Assembly: GCA_963851265.1 (NCBI GenBank)
Contig: CAWKNZ010000002.1
Location: 928,001 to 992,000, forward strand
DNA: 64,000 nt
DNA from: an uncultured Gemmatimonadales bacterium
GTDB taxonomy: Bacteria; Gemmatimonadota; Gemmatimonadetes; Gemmatimonadales; Gemmatimonadaceae
Reading direction: 5' to 3'
The notes under the pieces are model-generated. The model had not been told where the DNA came from, made no database searches, and saw only the letters and a program-made list of their open reading frames with translations. Positions within the stretch are counted from its first letter, which is position 1. Each line of letters begins with the position of its first letter. Below are positions 1-10,276 of the stretch, one piece after another. The position numbers and the translations under genes were made by a program.

Positions 1-552
1 GACGCCGAAGTCGAGCGCGTCGGTCGCGACCGCGGCCGCGAGCTCGTCGCGCGAGCCGTACTCGACGATGCCGGCGCCGCTGCCTCCGACGTTGGCCTTG
101 ACGAGCACCGGGTAGCGCAGCGCGTCGGCGGCCGCGAGGGCGGCCTCGCCGCTGTTCACGACGCGTGCGCGCGGGTAGCCGAGCCCCAGCGAGGCGAGCA
201 GGTCGAGCTGGCCGGCCTTCGTCAGTTCCATCGCGTACGCGCGCGAGCCGTTGACCACGGGCACCCCGATACGCTCGAGGTGGCGCATCCAGTCGAGCGT
301 GTAATACGTGGTGTTGATGCGGCCGCGCAGGTACGCGGACGGCGACGCGCGGTTGAAGACGGCCGCGTACGGCGCGTCGGTCTCGCCCGGATCGTACGAA
401 TGCGACGCGGCGTCGAGGCGCACGTACGGCGTCCCGCGCCGATCCAGTTCGGCGAAGAGCGGTCGGAACCAGTCCGGGTGCTCGTGAAAGATCGCGATCG
501 GCTTGGGCGAATCGGACGAAGCAGACGCGGACGGCGCGAAAGAGTCGGGCAT
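1..552 (-). CDS. RimK-like ATP-grasp ligase, N-terminal part (runs off the left edge)
   Basis: Hand translation from ATG at 552: MPDSFAPS...IAIFHEHPDWFRPLFAEL...VFNRASPS...VPVVNG...YPVLVKANVGGSGAGI, typical ATP-grasp motifs; absent from the ORF track because it is truncated. Confidence 0.75.
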   Translation of the reverse strand, partial: MPDSFAPSASASSDSPKPIAIFHEHPDWFRPLFAELDRRGTPYVRLDAASHSYDPGETDAPYAAVFNRASPSAYLRGRINTTYYTLDWMRHLERIGVPVVNGSRAYAMELTKAGQLDLLASLGLGYPRARVVNSGEAALAAADALRYPVLVKANVGGSGAGIVEYGSRDELAAAVATDALDFGV

Positions 553-852
553 CGGTCGGCGGGGTGCGGCGCGGGTGTGATGGACGCGGGACGCGACGTA
601 CGCAAGAAGCAAACGCAAATCGCCCGGGCGCCCGGTGGCCACCGGGCGGTTCGGGCGTCGGGTGCGAGGCGTCGACGGCGCGGCACGGCGCCACGCCGAA
701 CGGTCGATAAATCTTAGCTCTGAGAGGAGTGCGCGGTCAACGGCGCCAGCGCGACGGAGCCCGGCTGCGTAAGCGAACCGTCGCGCGCCGTGCGTGCGGA
801 TTCCCACGCCGTCCGGCGCGCCGCCGTCTCACCCGGTTCATCCCCCGCCGCC

Positions 853-3800
853 ATGTCACGCTCCGCCCGGCGCCGTCGCGCCGACCACCTGCGCCTTCTC
901 GCCGCCTTCGCGTCCGCCGTACCCGCCGTGACCGCGCCAGCCGCGACGCGCGCGCAGACGGCGCCGCCACGACCGGCGGCGACGCGTCCGACAGCGCCGC
1001 GGCCGCTCACGCAGGCCGACTACGACCGTTGGGTGACGGTCCAGGGCACGACGCTCGCCAGGGACGGCCGCTGGGTGGCGTACACGCTCGTGCCCGAGGT
1101 CGGCGACGGGCCACTCGTCGTACGCGCGACGCACGGGGCGACGGAGTACCGCGTGCCGCGAGGTTTCGTCGGGCGGCCGCAGCTCACGGTCAACGTCGAT
1201 TCGGGGTTCACGGCCCCGCCGCCCGCGTTCTCTGCGGACGGCCGCATCGCGGCGGCGCTCGCGTACGCGCCGCAAGCGGAGTTCGACCGCGCGCGCCGGG
1301 AGAAGCGGCGCATCCCGCCCGCGCCGTCGCTCGCCGTGGTGTCGCTCGCCGACGGTCGGATCGAAACCATTCCGCGCGTGCGCAGCTTCGCGATGCCGCG
1401 CGACGCGGGCGGGTGGCTCGCCTACCTGCTCGAACCGGCGGACAGCGCCGGGCGGCGCGCAGCCGCCGCGCGCGACAGCGTCGTCCGGCCGAGCGGGGCG
1501 CCGCCGGGCGGCGGCGCGCCGGCGGGTGCCGCGGCCCAGACGCCGGGCGCGACGCCGCGGCCCGTGACCGACACCACCGGGACGCGACGGCGAGAATACG
1601 GATCCACCCTCGTCGTGCGCGACCTCGCGACGGGTGCGGAGACGCGCATCGCGGACGTCGCGTCGTACGTGATCGGCGACAGCGCGCGATGGCTCGCCTA
1701 CGCCGTGTCGTCGCGCACGCCGGGGCGCGACGGCGTCTACGCGCGCGCCCTCGGCCCCGCCGCGTCGTCGGGCGCACTCGGCCCGGAGGTCGCGTTCGCC
1801 ACGGGACGCGGCGAGTACAAGGCGCTCGCGTTCGACCGGGCGGTGCGCCAACTCGCGTTCGTCTCGAACCGCGACGATTCGCTCGCCTCGCGGCCGCGCT
1901 GGTCGCTCTTCCACGCGCGGCTCGACGGGCGCGGCGCCGAGTCGCGCGCGGTGGTCGCAGCCGCGGCCGTCGAGCGCGGACTGGGCGTGCACGACCGCGG
2001 GGTGAGCTTCGTGCGCGACGGGTCGGCCGTCGTGTTCGGCCTCGCGCCGACGCTGGCCGATTCGATTCCGGCCGACTCGCTCGCCGACAAGGCCGTGCTC
2101 GACCTCTGGCACTGGCAGGACGCGCGGCTCCAACCGCAGCAGCGGCTCGAGGCCACGCGCGACCGCGCTCGGGCCTACACGGCCGTGTATACGCCCGCGA
2201 CGGGCCGCTTCGTGCGGCTCGGTTCGGACTCGCTGCCGCAGGTCACCGTCAGCGACGACGGCCGCGTGGCGCTCGCCGTGACCACGCTCCCCTACGCGAT
2301 CGCGCAGATGTGGGGCGAGGGCGGCAGCGACGTGTACCTGCTCGACGCGCGGACCGGCGCGCGCACGACGGTCGCGCGCCGGGTGCCTTTCGGCGCGCAG
2401 CTCTCGCCTGGCGCGCGCTACGTGACGTGGTACGCCGGAGCGGCGCACGGGGGCTGGCAGGCGTACGACGTCGCGGCGCACCACGCCGCGCCGCTCGCCG
2501 CCGACGTTCGCGGCGTGCGCTTCGACGAGGAGACGTGGGACACGCCGAGCGAGCCCGCGCCCTGGGGCCAGGCGGGATGGACCGCGGGCGACCGCGACTT
2601 CCTCGTCTACTCGCGGTACGACGTGTGGGCGCTCGACCCGAGCGGGCGCCGCGCCCCTCGCGTGGTCACGGATTCGGCCGGAGTACGGAACCACGTCGTG
2701 CTGCGCGTGGCGCGGACCGACCGCGACGAGCGATTCCTCGACGCGCGCGCGCCGCTGCTCCTCAGCGCGTTCGACGACGAGACGAAGGCGAGCGGCTTCT
2801 ACCGCGACCGCGTGGACGGCGGCGGCGCGCCCGTGCGGATCGTCATGGCCGACGCGCGCTTCGGTGCGCCGGTGAAGGCGCAGGGCGCCGACGAGTACGC
2901 CGTCACGCGGCAGACCTTCACGGCGGCGCCGGACGTCTACGTGGGCGAGCGGCTGGACGCCCTGACGAAGGTGAGCGACGCCAACCCGCAGCAGGCGCAA
3001 TACGCGTGGGGCACGGCCGAGCTCGTGCACTGGCGGAACACGGACGGCGTACCGCTCAACGGCGTCCTCTACAAGCCGGCGGATTTCGACGCGTCGCGCA
3101 AGTATCCGATGCTCGTCTACTTCTACGAGCAGCTGTCGGACAACCTGTATCAGTACCACCCGCCGGCGGGGCGCAACGTCATCAACCCGACGGTCTACGC
3201 GTCCAACGGCTACCTCGTCTTCTTCCCGGACATCGCGTACACGACCGGCTTTCCGGGGCAGAGCGCGCTCAAGTCGATCCTCCCGGGCGTGCAGGCCATC
3301 GCCGCGCGTGGCTTCGTCGACGAGCAGCGCGTCGGGATCGCGGGGCAGAGCTGGGGCGGGTACCAGAGTGCGTACATCATCACGCAGACCCCCTACTTCC
3401 GAGCCGCGTTCCTCGGCGCGCCGGTCGCGAACATGACCAGCGCGTACGGCGGGATACGATGGGAGACCGGCGTGGCGCGCGCCTTCCAGTACGAGAAAGG
3501 CCAGAGCCGGATCGGGCGCTCGTTGTGGGACGCGCTGCCGCGCTACGTCGAGAACTCGCCGCTCTTCTACGTGGACCGCGTGACGACGCCGTCGCTCATC
3601 ATGAGCAACGACGGCGACGGCGCGGTGCCGTGGTACCAGGGCATCGAGCTGTTCGTCGCGATGCGGCGGTTCGGAAAGGAGGCGTACCTGCTGGACTACA
3701 ACGGCGACGGCCACAACCCGCGCAAGCGCGCCAACCAACTCGACGTCGACCGCCGGATGCAGCAGTTCTTCGCGCACCACCTCAAGGGCGAGCCCGCGCC

Positions 3801-4023
3801 GGACTGGATGCGGGTCGGCGTCCCCTTCCTGCTGAAAGGACGCGACCAATTCACGGCGCCCGCGGTCGCGGCCGAACCGGGGACTGGAGGTCGGCCTTCC
3901 GGCGCCGCGGGCGCGCGGCCGACGAACGGGACGGGGACCGGGACGGGGACCGGGACGGGCGCCGGCAGCGCGACCGCGACGGGCGGCGGAGTCCCCGCGC
4001 CGGCCGGCGGCACGAGCCCGTGA
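853..4023 (+). CDS. Secreted S9 family prolyl oligopeptidase/acylaminoacyl peptidase
   Basis: Signal-peptide-like N-terminus, propeller-like repeats, GQSWGG nucleophile elbow, DGAV Asp and GH His; Gly/Thr-rich C-terminal tail. Confidence 0.9.
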   Translation: MSRSARRRRADHLRLLAAFASAVPAVTAPAATRAQTAPPRPAATRPTAPRPLTQADYDRWVTVQGTTLARDGRWVAYTLVPEVGDGPLVVRATHGATEYRVPRGFVGRPQLTVNVDSGFTAPPPAFSADGRIAAALAYAPQAEFDRARREKRRIPPAPSLAVVSLADGRIETIPRVRSFAMPRDAGGWLAYLLEPADSAGRRAAAARDSVVRPSGAPPGGGAPAGAAAQTPGATPRPVTDTTGTRRREYGSTLVVRDLATGAETRIADVASYVIGDSARWLAYAVSSRTPGRDGVYARALGPAASSGALGPEVAFATGRGEYKALAFDRAVRQLAFVSNRDDSLASRPRWSLFHARLDGRGAESRAVVAAAAVERGLGVHDRGVSFVRDGSAVVFGLAPTLADSIPADSLADKAVLDLWHWQDARLQPQQRLEATRDRARAYTAVYTPATGRFVRLGSDSLPQVTVSDDGRVALAVTTLPYAIAQMWGEGGSDVYLLDARTGARTTVARRVPFGAQLSPGARYVTWYAGAAHGGWQAYDVAAHHAAPLAADVRGVRFDEETWDTPSEPAPWGQAGWTAGDRDFLVYSRYDVWALDPSGRRAPRVVTDSAGVRNHVVLRVARTDRDERFLDARAPLLLSAFDDETKASGFYRDRVDGGGAPVRIVMADARFGAPVKAQGADEYAVTRQTFTAAPDVYVGERLDALTKVSDANPQQAQYAWGTAELVHWRNTDGVPLNGVLYKPADFDASRKYPMLVYFYEQLSDNLYQYHPPAGRNVINPTVYASNGYLVFFPDIAYTTGFPGQSALKSILPGVQAIAARGFVDEQRVGIAGQSWGGYQSAYIITQTPYFRAAFLGAPVANMTSAYGGIRWETGVARAFQYEKGQSRIGRSLWDALPRYVENSPLFYVDRVTTPSLIMSNDGDGAVPWYQGIELFVAMRRFGKEAYLLDYNGDGHNPRKRANQLDVDRRMQQFFAHHLKGEPAPDWMRVGVPFLLKGRDQFTAPAVAAEPGTGGRPSGAAGARPTNGTGTGTGTGTGAGSATATGGGVPAPAGGTSP

Positions 4024-4173
4024 CGCGGAGATCGGCGCGGCGTGCGCCACCGCGGGCGCGACGGTGCGCGCGAGGCGAGCGCGTCCGGGCGGGTCGGGCG
4101 TGCGTGTTCGCGCCGGCACGCCGCTCGCACCGGGGCCTGCGTCCCGCCGGATCGCCCCCGCACCGTCGCACTC

Positions 4174-5112
4174 GTGCACACACGCCGCATCGGATCGCTC
4201 ACCGTCTCGGCGGTCGGCCTCGGCTGTAACAACTTCGGGGCCCGCCTCGACGCGGCCGCGACCGCCGACGTGGTGAACGCGGCGCTGGACGCCGGGGTCA
4301 CGTTGTTCGACACGGCGGACGTGTACGGCGGGACGCGGAGCGAGGAGTTCCTCGGCCGTGCGTTAGGCGCGCGGCGCCGCGACGTGGTCGTGGCGACCAA
4401 GTTCGGCATCAAGCTCGACGATGCGCGCCCGGGCGGCGGGGCGCCCGCGTACGTCCGCCGGGCCGCGGAGGACAGTCTGCGGCGCCTCGGGACCGACGTG
4501 ATCGACCTGTACCAGTTGCACCGCCCGGACCCGGCGGTGCCGATCGGGGACACGATGGGCGCCCTCGGCGATCTCGTGCGCGAGGGGAAGGTGCGCGAGA
4601 TCGGCTGTTCCAACTTCTCGGTCGAGCAGATCCGGGAGTCGAACGCCGCGCAATCCAGCACGACGCGCGACGCCGTGCGTTTCGCGAGCGTTCAGAACGA
4701 GTACAGCCTGTTCCACCGCGAACCGGAGCACGACGGCGTGCTGGCCGAGTGCGAGCGCGAGCGGCTCGGGTTTCTGCCGTACTTCCCGCTCGCGAGCGGG
4801 CTGCTGAGCGGCAAGTACCGCCGCGGTGCGCCGGCGCCGCCCGACACGCGGTTAGGCTCGGGCGGGTGGGGGAGCGACCGGCTGAGCGACGACAATCTCG
4901 CGCGCGTGGAGCGCCTCACGGGCGTGGCCGAAGCGCGCGGGCACAGCGTGCTCGAACTCGCGATCGCGTGGCTGCTCGCGCGGCCTGCGGTGGCGTCGGT
5001 GATCGCGGGTGCGACGCGTGCCGAGCAGGTGCGGGCCAACGCGGAGGCCGCGAACTGGCGGCTGACGGAGCACGACCTGACCGCCGTCGAGCAGGCGCTC
5101 GCCGCATCCTGA
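4174..5112 (+). CDS. Aldo/keto reductase
   Basis: GLGCNNFG, FDTADVYG, ATKFG, IDLYQLHRPD, QNEYSL, PLASGLLSGKY; GTG start chosen at 4174. Confidence 0.93.
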   Translation: MHTRRIGSLTVSAVGLGCNNFGARLDAAATADVVNAALDAGVTLFDTADVYGGTRSEEFLGRALGARRRDVVVATKFGIKLDDARPGGGAPAYVRRAAEDSLRRLGTDVIDLYQLHRPDPAVPIGDTMGALGDLVREGKVREIGCSNFSVEQIRESNAAQSSTTRDAVRFASVQNEYSLFHREPEHDGVLAECERERLGFLPYFPLASGLLSGKYRRGAPAPPDTRLGSGGWGSDRLSDDNLARVERLTGVAEARGHSVLELAIAWLLARPAVASVIAGATRAEQVRANAEAANWRLTEHDLTAVEQALAAS

Positions 5113-5178
5113 TCGGCCGATCCCGTTCACCTCCGATCGGCGACCGACCCAGGCCCCTCGGTTCCCACTTTCCGACCC

Positions 5179-6051
5179 GTGTCCGATCCGACGACCGCCG
5201 GCGCGCAGCCGCCGCAGCCCGAGCAGCAACAGTCCGCGCCGGGCACCGAACGTGAGATGACGCCGACCGCCGATCACGGCGAACACTCGTACCGGGGAAG
5301 CGGCAAACTGACCGGCAAGGTGGCTCTCATCACCGGTGCGGACTCGGGCATCGGCCGCGCAGTCGCGATCGCCTTTGCCCGCGAGGGGGCGGACGTCCTG
5401 ATCTCCTACCTGAACGAGGAGGAGGACGCGGCGGAAACGCGCCGCCTCGTCGAGGCCGAGGGGCGGCGCGCGGTCGCCGTCGCGGGCGACATCGGCGAGG
5501 AGGCGCACTGCAAGGCGCTCGTGCAGCGCTGTGTCGCCGAGCTCGGCGGGATCGACGTGCTCGTGAACAACGCGGCGTTCCAGCGGACGCACGACAGCAT
5601 CACCGAGTTCTCGACCGAGGAGTGGGACCGCACCTACCGGACGAACGTGTACGCGATGTTCTGGCTCTGCCGTGAGGCGGTACCGCGGATGAAGCCGGGC
5701 AGCGCGATCATCAACACGACCTCGGTGCAGGCGTTCACGCCGGTTCCGATGCTGCTCGCCTACGCATCGACGAAGGCCGCGATCCGGAACTTCACGCAGG
5801 GGCTCGCGCAGGGCGTGGCGGACAAGGGGATTCGCGTGAACGCCGTCGCGCCGGGGCCGGTGTGGACGCCGCTCATCCCGGCGACGATGCCGCCGGAGAA
5901 GGTGAAGACGTTCGGCCAGGACGTGCCGCTCAAGCGTGCCGCGCAGCCGCGCGAACTGGCGCCGATCTACGTGCTGCTCGCCTCAGACGAGGGGAGCTAC
6001 ATCACGGGGATGGTCTACGGCGCGACCGGCGGCGACCCGATCGGTGCCTGA
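5179..6051 (+). CDS. SDR oxidoreductase (YghA/YdaD general-stress type)
   Basis: DHGEHSYRGSGKL N-terminus, TGADSGIG, NNAA, YASTK, VAPGPVWTPLIP. Confidence 0.9.
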   Translation: MSDPTTAGAQPPQPEQQQSAPGTEREMTPTADHGEHSYRGSGKLTGKVALITGADSGIGRAVAIAFAREGADVLISYLNEEEDAAETRRLVEAEGRRAVAVAGDIGEEAHCKALVQRCVAELGGIDVLVNNAAFQRTHDSITEFSTEEWDRTYRTNVYAMFWLCREAVPRMKPGSAIINTTSVQAFTPVPMLLAYASTKAAIRNFTQGLAQGVADKGIRVNAVAPGPVWTPLIPATMPPEKVKTFGQDVPLKRAAQPRELAPIYVLLASDEGSYITGMVYGATGGDPIGA

Positions 6052-6085
6052 CCGGCCCGCCGCTCACGCCTAACACTTCTCCGCC

Positions 6086-6286
6086 GTGCCCCCGTACCAG
6101 ACGCTCGCAGAGCTGCCGGAAGCGCAGGTCGCCCGCTACGACCACCACGAGAAGCGCGCGTTCCTCGAGGCGTTCAACCACGCGTACGAGGAGTACGGCC
6201 ACGACGAGCATCGGGCCTTCGCCGTCGCGCACGCGGCCGCGCAGCGGGCGGGTGCGAAAGCGCGCGAGGATGCGGACGCCCCGTAA
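6086..6286 (+). CDS. ChaB family protein
   Basis: 66 aa with PY..LAELP...AFLEAFNHAYEEY..DE.RAFAVAHAA pattern. Confidence 0.75.
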   Translation: MPPYQTLAELPEAQVARYDHHEKRAFLEAFNHAYEEYGHDEHRAFAVAHAAAQRAGAKAREDADAP

Positions 6287-6351
6287 CGCGCCGCGCCGAG
6301 CTGCCGGGCCGAGCATCAGCGCGTCCGGCAGCGCGCGGCGCAGCGCGCCGC

Positions 6352-6837
6352 TCAGTTTGCGGTGAGATCCCGCCGGAAGACGACCAGATCGCGGACCTCG
6401 ATGCCGTTCTCGTAGATCGGGGTGCGGTGGTAGCGGAAGTAGTCGTGGCGAACGTGGTCGAAGCGGAACCCGCACTTCTGGTAGAACGCGAGGTTGCCGA
6501 TGCTCGCGTTGCCGGTGCCGACCTCGATGGTGCGCTTGCGACGACGCAGCGCCTCCGCACATAGCGCGTGCACGATCGCGCGGCCGACGCCGCGGCCGTG
6601 AAGCGACTCGACCACGCCGAGCTCGACGATCTCGCACGGGTCGCCGCTCCAGCGCATCGTCGCCGCGCCGGCGAGTCGGCCGCCGACGGTCGCGCGGTAG
6701 ACGGCGTCGCTGAGGTGACCGAGGCTCCACCGCAGCGCGCGTTCGCTCGGTTCGGCGAGCAGGAGAATCGGGACGAGCGCCTCGATGTCGGCGCCCGTGA
6801 CTTCGGCGACTTCGACGGGCGACGCGGCGCCGCTCAC
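6352..6837 (-). CDS. GNAT N-acetyltransferase
   Basis: HGRGVGR acetyl-CoA motif, GTGNASIGNLAFYQKCGFR; GTG overlaps upstream stop (GTGA). Confidence 0.88.
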   Translation of the reverse strand: MSGAASPVEVAEVTGADIEALVPILLLAEPSERALRWSLGHLSDAVYRATVGGRLAGAATMRWSGDPCEIVELGVVESLHGRGVGRAIVHALCAEALRRRKRTIEVGTGNASIGNLAFYQKCGFRFDHVRHDYFRYHRTPIYENGIEVRDLVVFRRDLTAN

Positions 6838-7511
6838 TCGTCCCGGATCGACGCCGTGACGTCGCGGAGCCACTCGCCTAGGTCGGCATCGAGCGCGTCG
6901 CGGCAGCCGTCGAGACCGTGGCGGCAGTCGGGGTAGAGGATGATGCGCTTCGGCTCGCTGGCGCGCGCGTAGATGTCACGCGAGCACTGGAACGGCAGCA
7001 CTTCGTCGGCGACGCCGTGCGCCAGGAGGAGCGGGCGGGGCGCGAGGCGCGGGACGCCGCCGGTCCCGGCCGTCTGGCTGCTGAGCGCGGCGACCGCGAT
7101 CACGGCGTCGCTCGCCGCCCCGGCGGTGATGACCACCGCGCCGCCGAACGAATGTCCGACGAGCACGACGCGCGTGCGTCCGCGCTCGACGAGGTAGCCG
7201 ACACCGACCAGCGTGTCGAGCACGCACTCGAGCAGGTCCGCCGGCCGGCGATACGCGACCTGGAGCGAGGTGACACCCTGCGGCGTGAGTGCCGCGCCGA
7301 GCCGATCGTAGAGGCCGCCGGCCGGACCATGGAAGCCTCCGCCCGCGCCGAACACCCAGACGACGGCCGCGTCGCCCGGGGCACCGGATTGCAGGCGGCA
7401 TGCGATCACTCCCCGGTCGGTGACCAGGTCGACGTGCTCGGTGCCGGCGTCGCCCGGCGCATGTCGGACGTCGAGCAGCGACAGTTCGTGCGGCGTTTCG
7501 GTGGGCGGCAT
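6834..7511 (-). CDS. Alpha/beta hydrolase
   Basis: GHSFGG, HGVADEV Asp, RHGL His. Confidence 0.85.
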   Translation of the reverse strand: MPPTETPHELSLLDVRHAPGDAGTEHVDLVTDRGVIACRLQSGAPGDAAVVWVFGAGGGFHGPAGGLYDRLGAALTPQGVTSLQVAYRRPADLLECVLDTLVGVGYLVERGRTRVVLVGHSFGGAVVITAGAASDAVIAVAALSSQTAGTGGVPRLAPRPLLLAHGVADEVLPFQCSRDIYARASEPKRIILYPDCRHGLDGCRDALDADLGEWLRDVTASIRDE

Positions 7512-7678
7512 GGTGGCGTGGCGGGCAATGGGCATTCCGGCGTCGGGCGTCGGTCCCGGGTTTGCGACGCGTGCGGGCAAGCGCCGCGCCCGCGCCGGGC
7601 AGCGGCCGACCGGTCGAGTGCGCCGTCGACGACCGTCGACGATCCGCACAGATTACACGCCCACCACGCACCGCCCTC

Positions 7679-8107
7679 ATGGAACGCCGCAACCTCGATC
7701 TCGAAGTGCCCCTCACGCGCGAGCAGTGGCAGCAACTCGGCGAATCCGCCAACCTTCGCGAGGACATGGGCGTCCTGCGCTGGGCGATCGCGGACTTCGA
7801 CGTCATTCGGGTCTCGATGCACGATGACGACGCCCCGGCGGGGTGGGAGGGCGTCGCGACGCGCACGAATTTCGCCGCCGACGACCGGGAGGTCGCGCGG
7901 TTCGTGTACAACGACGGTCGCCCGTACGCGCAGCTCGAAACGCCCGCGGCGCCGGCGCCGCCGGCGATCACCGGCGCGCAGGACCGCGCGCTCGACGTGG
8001 CGCTCGAGCGCTGGGTGCGGGACAAGTGGCGCGGGCTGATGCGTGATTCCGGGCTGCACGACGACGCGGGCGCGCTGCCGGTCGACGAGCCGAATCCGCC
8101 GCGATGA
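7679..8107 (+). CDS. Hypothetical protein (about 142 aa)
   Basis: Codon usage and composition look genuine (MERRNLDLEVPLTREQW...); no family recognised. Confidence 0.6.
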   Translation: MERRNLDLEVPLTREQWQQLGESANLREDMGVLRWAIADFDVIRVSMHDDDAPAGWEGVATRTNFAADDREVARFVYNDGRPYAQLETPAAPAPPAITGAQDRALDVALERWVRDKWRGLMRDSGLHDDAGALPVDEPNPPR

Positions 8108-8120
8108 CGACTCGCGCACG

Positions 8121-9194
8121 ATGACGGCGCCGGGACGCGCCGCGGGAGATCCGGTGCCGTCGATCACGACGCGCGGCCTGCGGAAGGTGTACGCCGCCCC
8201 GCCGGCCACGCGCCGCGGCGGGCGGGGTCCCGGAGGTCCGCGGCCGTTCGGACCGCCGCCCGTCGGCGGGTCGCCTCCCCGCGGCCCGGCCGGCCCCGGC
8301 GGCGACGTCGTCGCGCTCGCCGGCCTCGACCTCGACGTGGCCGCCGGCGAGTGCTTCGGCCTGTTGGGGCCTAACGGGGCGGGGAAGACGACGACGATCG
8401 GCATTCTCACGACGCGCGTGCTCCCGACCGCGGGGGAGGCGCGCGTCGCCGGCGCCGACGTGGTGCGCGAGTCGGTGCTCGCGCGGCTCCGGCTCGGCGT
8501 CGTCCCGCAGCGCCCCAATCCCGACCGTGCGCTGACGGTCGAGGAGAACCTCCTGTTCCACGCGGCCTACTACGGGCTGGACGCGGCCGCCGCGCGGCGG
8601 CGGGCGGCCGCGCTCCTCGAGCAGTTCGGGATTGCGGACAAGGCGGCCAACAAGGTCGACGCGCTCTCGGGCGGGCAGCAGCAGCGGCTGATGATCGCGC
8701 GCGCGCTGATCCACGAGCCCGACGTGCTCTTCCTCGACGAGCCGACGGTCGGCCTCGACCCGCAGGCGCGACTCGCGCTCTGGGACGTGCTTCGCGAGCT
8801 GCGCCGCGGCGGGCGTACGGTCGTGCTGACCACGCACTACATGGAAGAGGCCGACCAGCTCTGCGACCGGCTCGCGATCGTCGATCGGGGGACGCTGCTG
8901 GCGCTCGACACGCCCGGCGCGCTCAAGGCGCGCGCGCCGGGCGGCACGCTGCTCGAGCTGACGCTCGACGGCGACGCGTCCGATGCGGCGGATCGTGCGC
9001 GCAGCGTCGGCGGGGTCCTGCGGAGCGAGGCGGCGGGCGCCATGTTGCGCGTGTATGCCGAGCACGGCGGCGCGGCACTGCCGCCGCTGCTCGAGATCGC
9101 CGAGGCGAGCGGGCGGAGCGTCCGCGACATCCGCCTCGTCCCGCCGAGCCTCGAATCGCTGTTCGTGTCGCTCACCGGGCGCGCGCTGACCTGA
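8121..9194 (+). CDS. ABC exporter ATP-binding subunit (DrrA-like)
   Basis: GPNGAGKTT, LSGGQ, FLDEPTVGLDP, TTHYMEEA. Confidence 0.93.
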   Translation: MTAPGRAAGDPVPSITTRGLRKVYAAPPATRRGGRGPGGPRPFGPPPVGGSPPRGPAGPGGDVVALAGLDLDVAAGECFGLLGPNGAGKTTTIGILTTRVLPTAGEARVAGADVVRESVLARLRLGVVPQRPNPDRALTVEENLLFHAAYYGLDAAAARRRAAALLEQFGIADKAANKVDALSGGQQQRLMIARALIHEPDVLFLDEPTVGLDPQARLALWDVLRELRRGGRTVVLTTHYMEEADQLCDRLAIVDRGTLLALDTPGALKARAPGGTLLELTLDGDASDAADRARSVGGVLRSEAAGAMLRVYAEHGGAALPPLLEIAEASGRSVRDIRLVPPSLESLFVSLTGRALT

Positions 9195-9226
9195 CTCCCG
9201 ACCGCCTCCTCCGCGATGCTCCTGCA

Positions 9227-10063
9227 ATGACTGCCGCGACGCTGCCCGCCCCCACCGCCGTCGATGGGGGCACCGTGCCCGCGCTGGCGCCCGCGCGCGC
9301 AATGGTGTTCGCCGCGCTGATGCGCCGCGATCTGCGCGCACTCCGGCGCGAACTCCCGTTCTTCCTCCTGCGCACGATCCTGCAGCCACTGCTGTTCGTG
9401 ATCGTGTTCGGCGCGCTGATGCCGCGGATGGGGCTCGTGAGCAGCCGCTACGGCGCCGCGATGCTGCCCGGGGTGCTCGCGCTCACGCTCGGCCTCGCGG
9501 CCGTGCAGAGCGTCGCGCTGCCGCTGGTCCAGGATTTCGGCTGGACGCGCGAGATCGAGGATCGCCTCCTGGCGCCGATTCCGATGGGGCTGCTCGTCTC
9601 GCAGAAGATCGCGAGCGGCGCGCTCCAGGCGCTCGTCAGCGCGTGCGCGGTGCTGCCGATCGCACGCCTCGTCATGGGCCCGATTCCGGGGCTCTCGCCG
9701 ACCAATCTCGGCGTGGTGGCGCTCGTGGCCGTCCTCGGCGCGCTCACGTTCTCCGCGGCCGGCCTCGTGCTCGGGACGGCGATCAGCCCGCAGCAGATCG
9801 GGTTGCTGTTCAGCGCGATCCTCACGCCCACGATCTTCTTCGGGTGCGCCTACTACCCGTGGCGCGGACTCGACGCGGTGCCGTTCGTGAAGTACCTCGT
9901 GCTCGTCAATCCGCTCACGTACGTGAGTGAGGGCATGCGCGCGGTGCTGACGCCCGGGATGCCGCACATGCCGCTAGGCGCGGTGCTGTGCGCACTCGTC
10001 GTGCTCGGGACGGCGTTCTCGGTGCTCGGGATGCGGGGCTTCCGGAAGCGCGCCTTCGGCTGA
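9227..10063 (+). CDS. ABC-2 type exporter permease
   Basis: About 6 TM segments, NPLTYVSEGMR motif, next to the ATPase. Confidence 0.9.
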   Translation: MTAATLPAPTAVDGGTVPALAPARAMVFAALMRRDLRALRRELPFFLLRTILQPLLFVIVFGALMPRMGLVSSRYGAAMLPGVLALTLGLAAVQSVALPLVQDFGWTREIEDRLLAPIPMGLLVSQKIASGALQALVSACAVLPIARLVMGPIPGLSPTNLGVVALVAVLGALTFSAAGLVLGTAISPQQIGLLFSAILTPTIFFGCAYYPWRGLDAVPFVKYLVLVNPLTYVSEGMRAVLTPGMPHMPLGAVLCALVVLGTAFSVLGMRGFRKRAFG

Positions 10064-10276
10064 CGCGGCGGCACCGCGCCGCGTGCACCTGGATTCGAGG
10101 GGGCGCGTGCACCGACCGGCGCGATCGGGGTACGAGGACGGGACGGTGTGGGTCGTGAACGCGCGTGCCCGCGTTTGCCCGCGCGTTGCAGGGTTCACGT
10201 CGTCCGTCGCACTCGTTACGCAGCCCCACGCGCCGCGCGGCGGTCCGCGCTGGCGGCGCTCACTACTTTTTATCGC

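Noticed and set aside
729..4229. Very long alternative-frame and antisense ORFs (729..4229, 856..4179 and many more across the window)
   Set aside because: Arg/Ala/Pro-rich shadow ORFs expected where stop codons are scarce in high-GC DNA; each overlaps a gene with clear family motifs.
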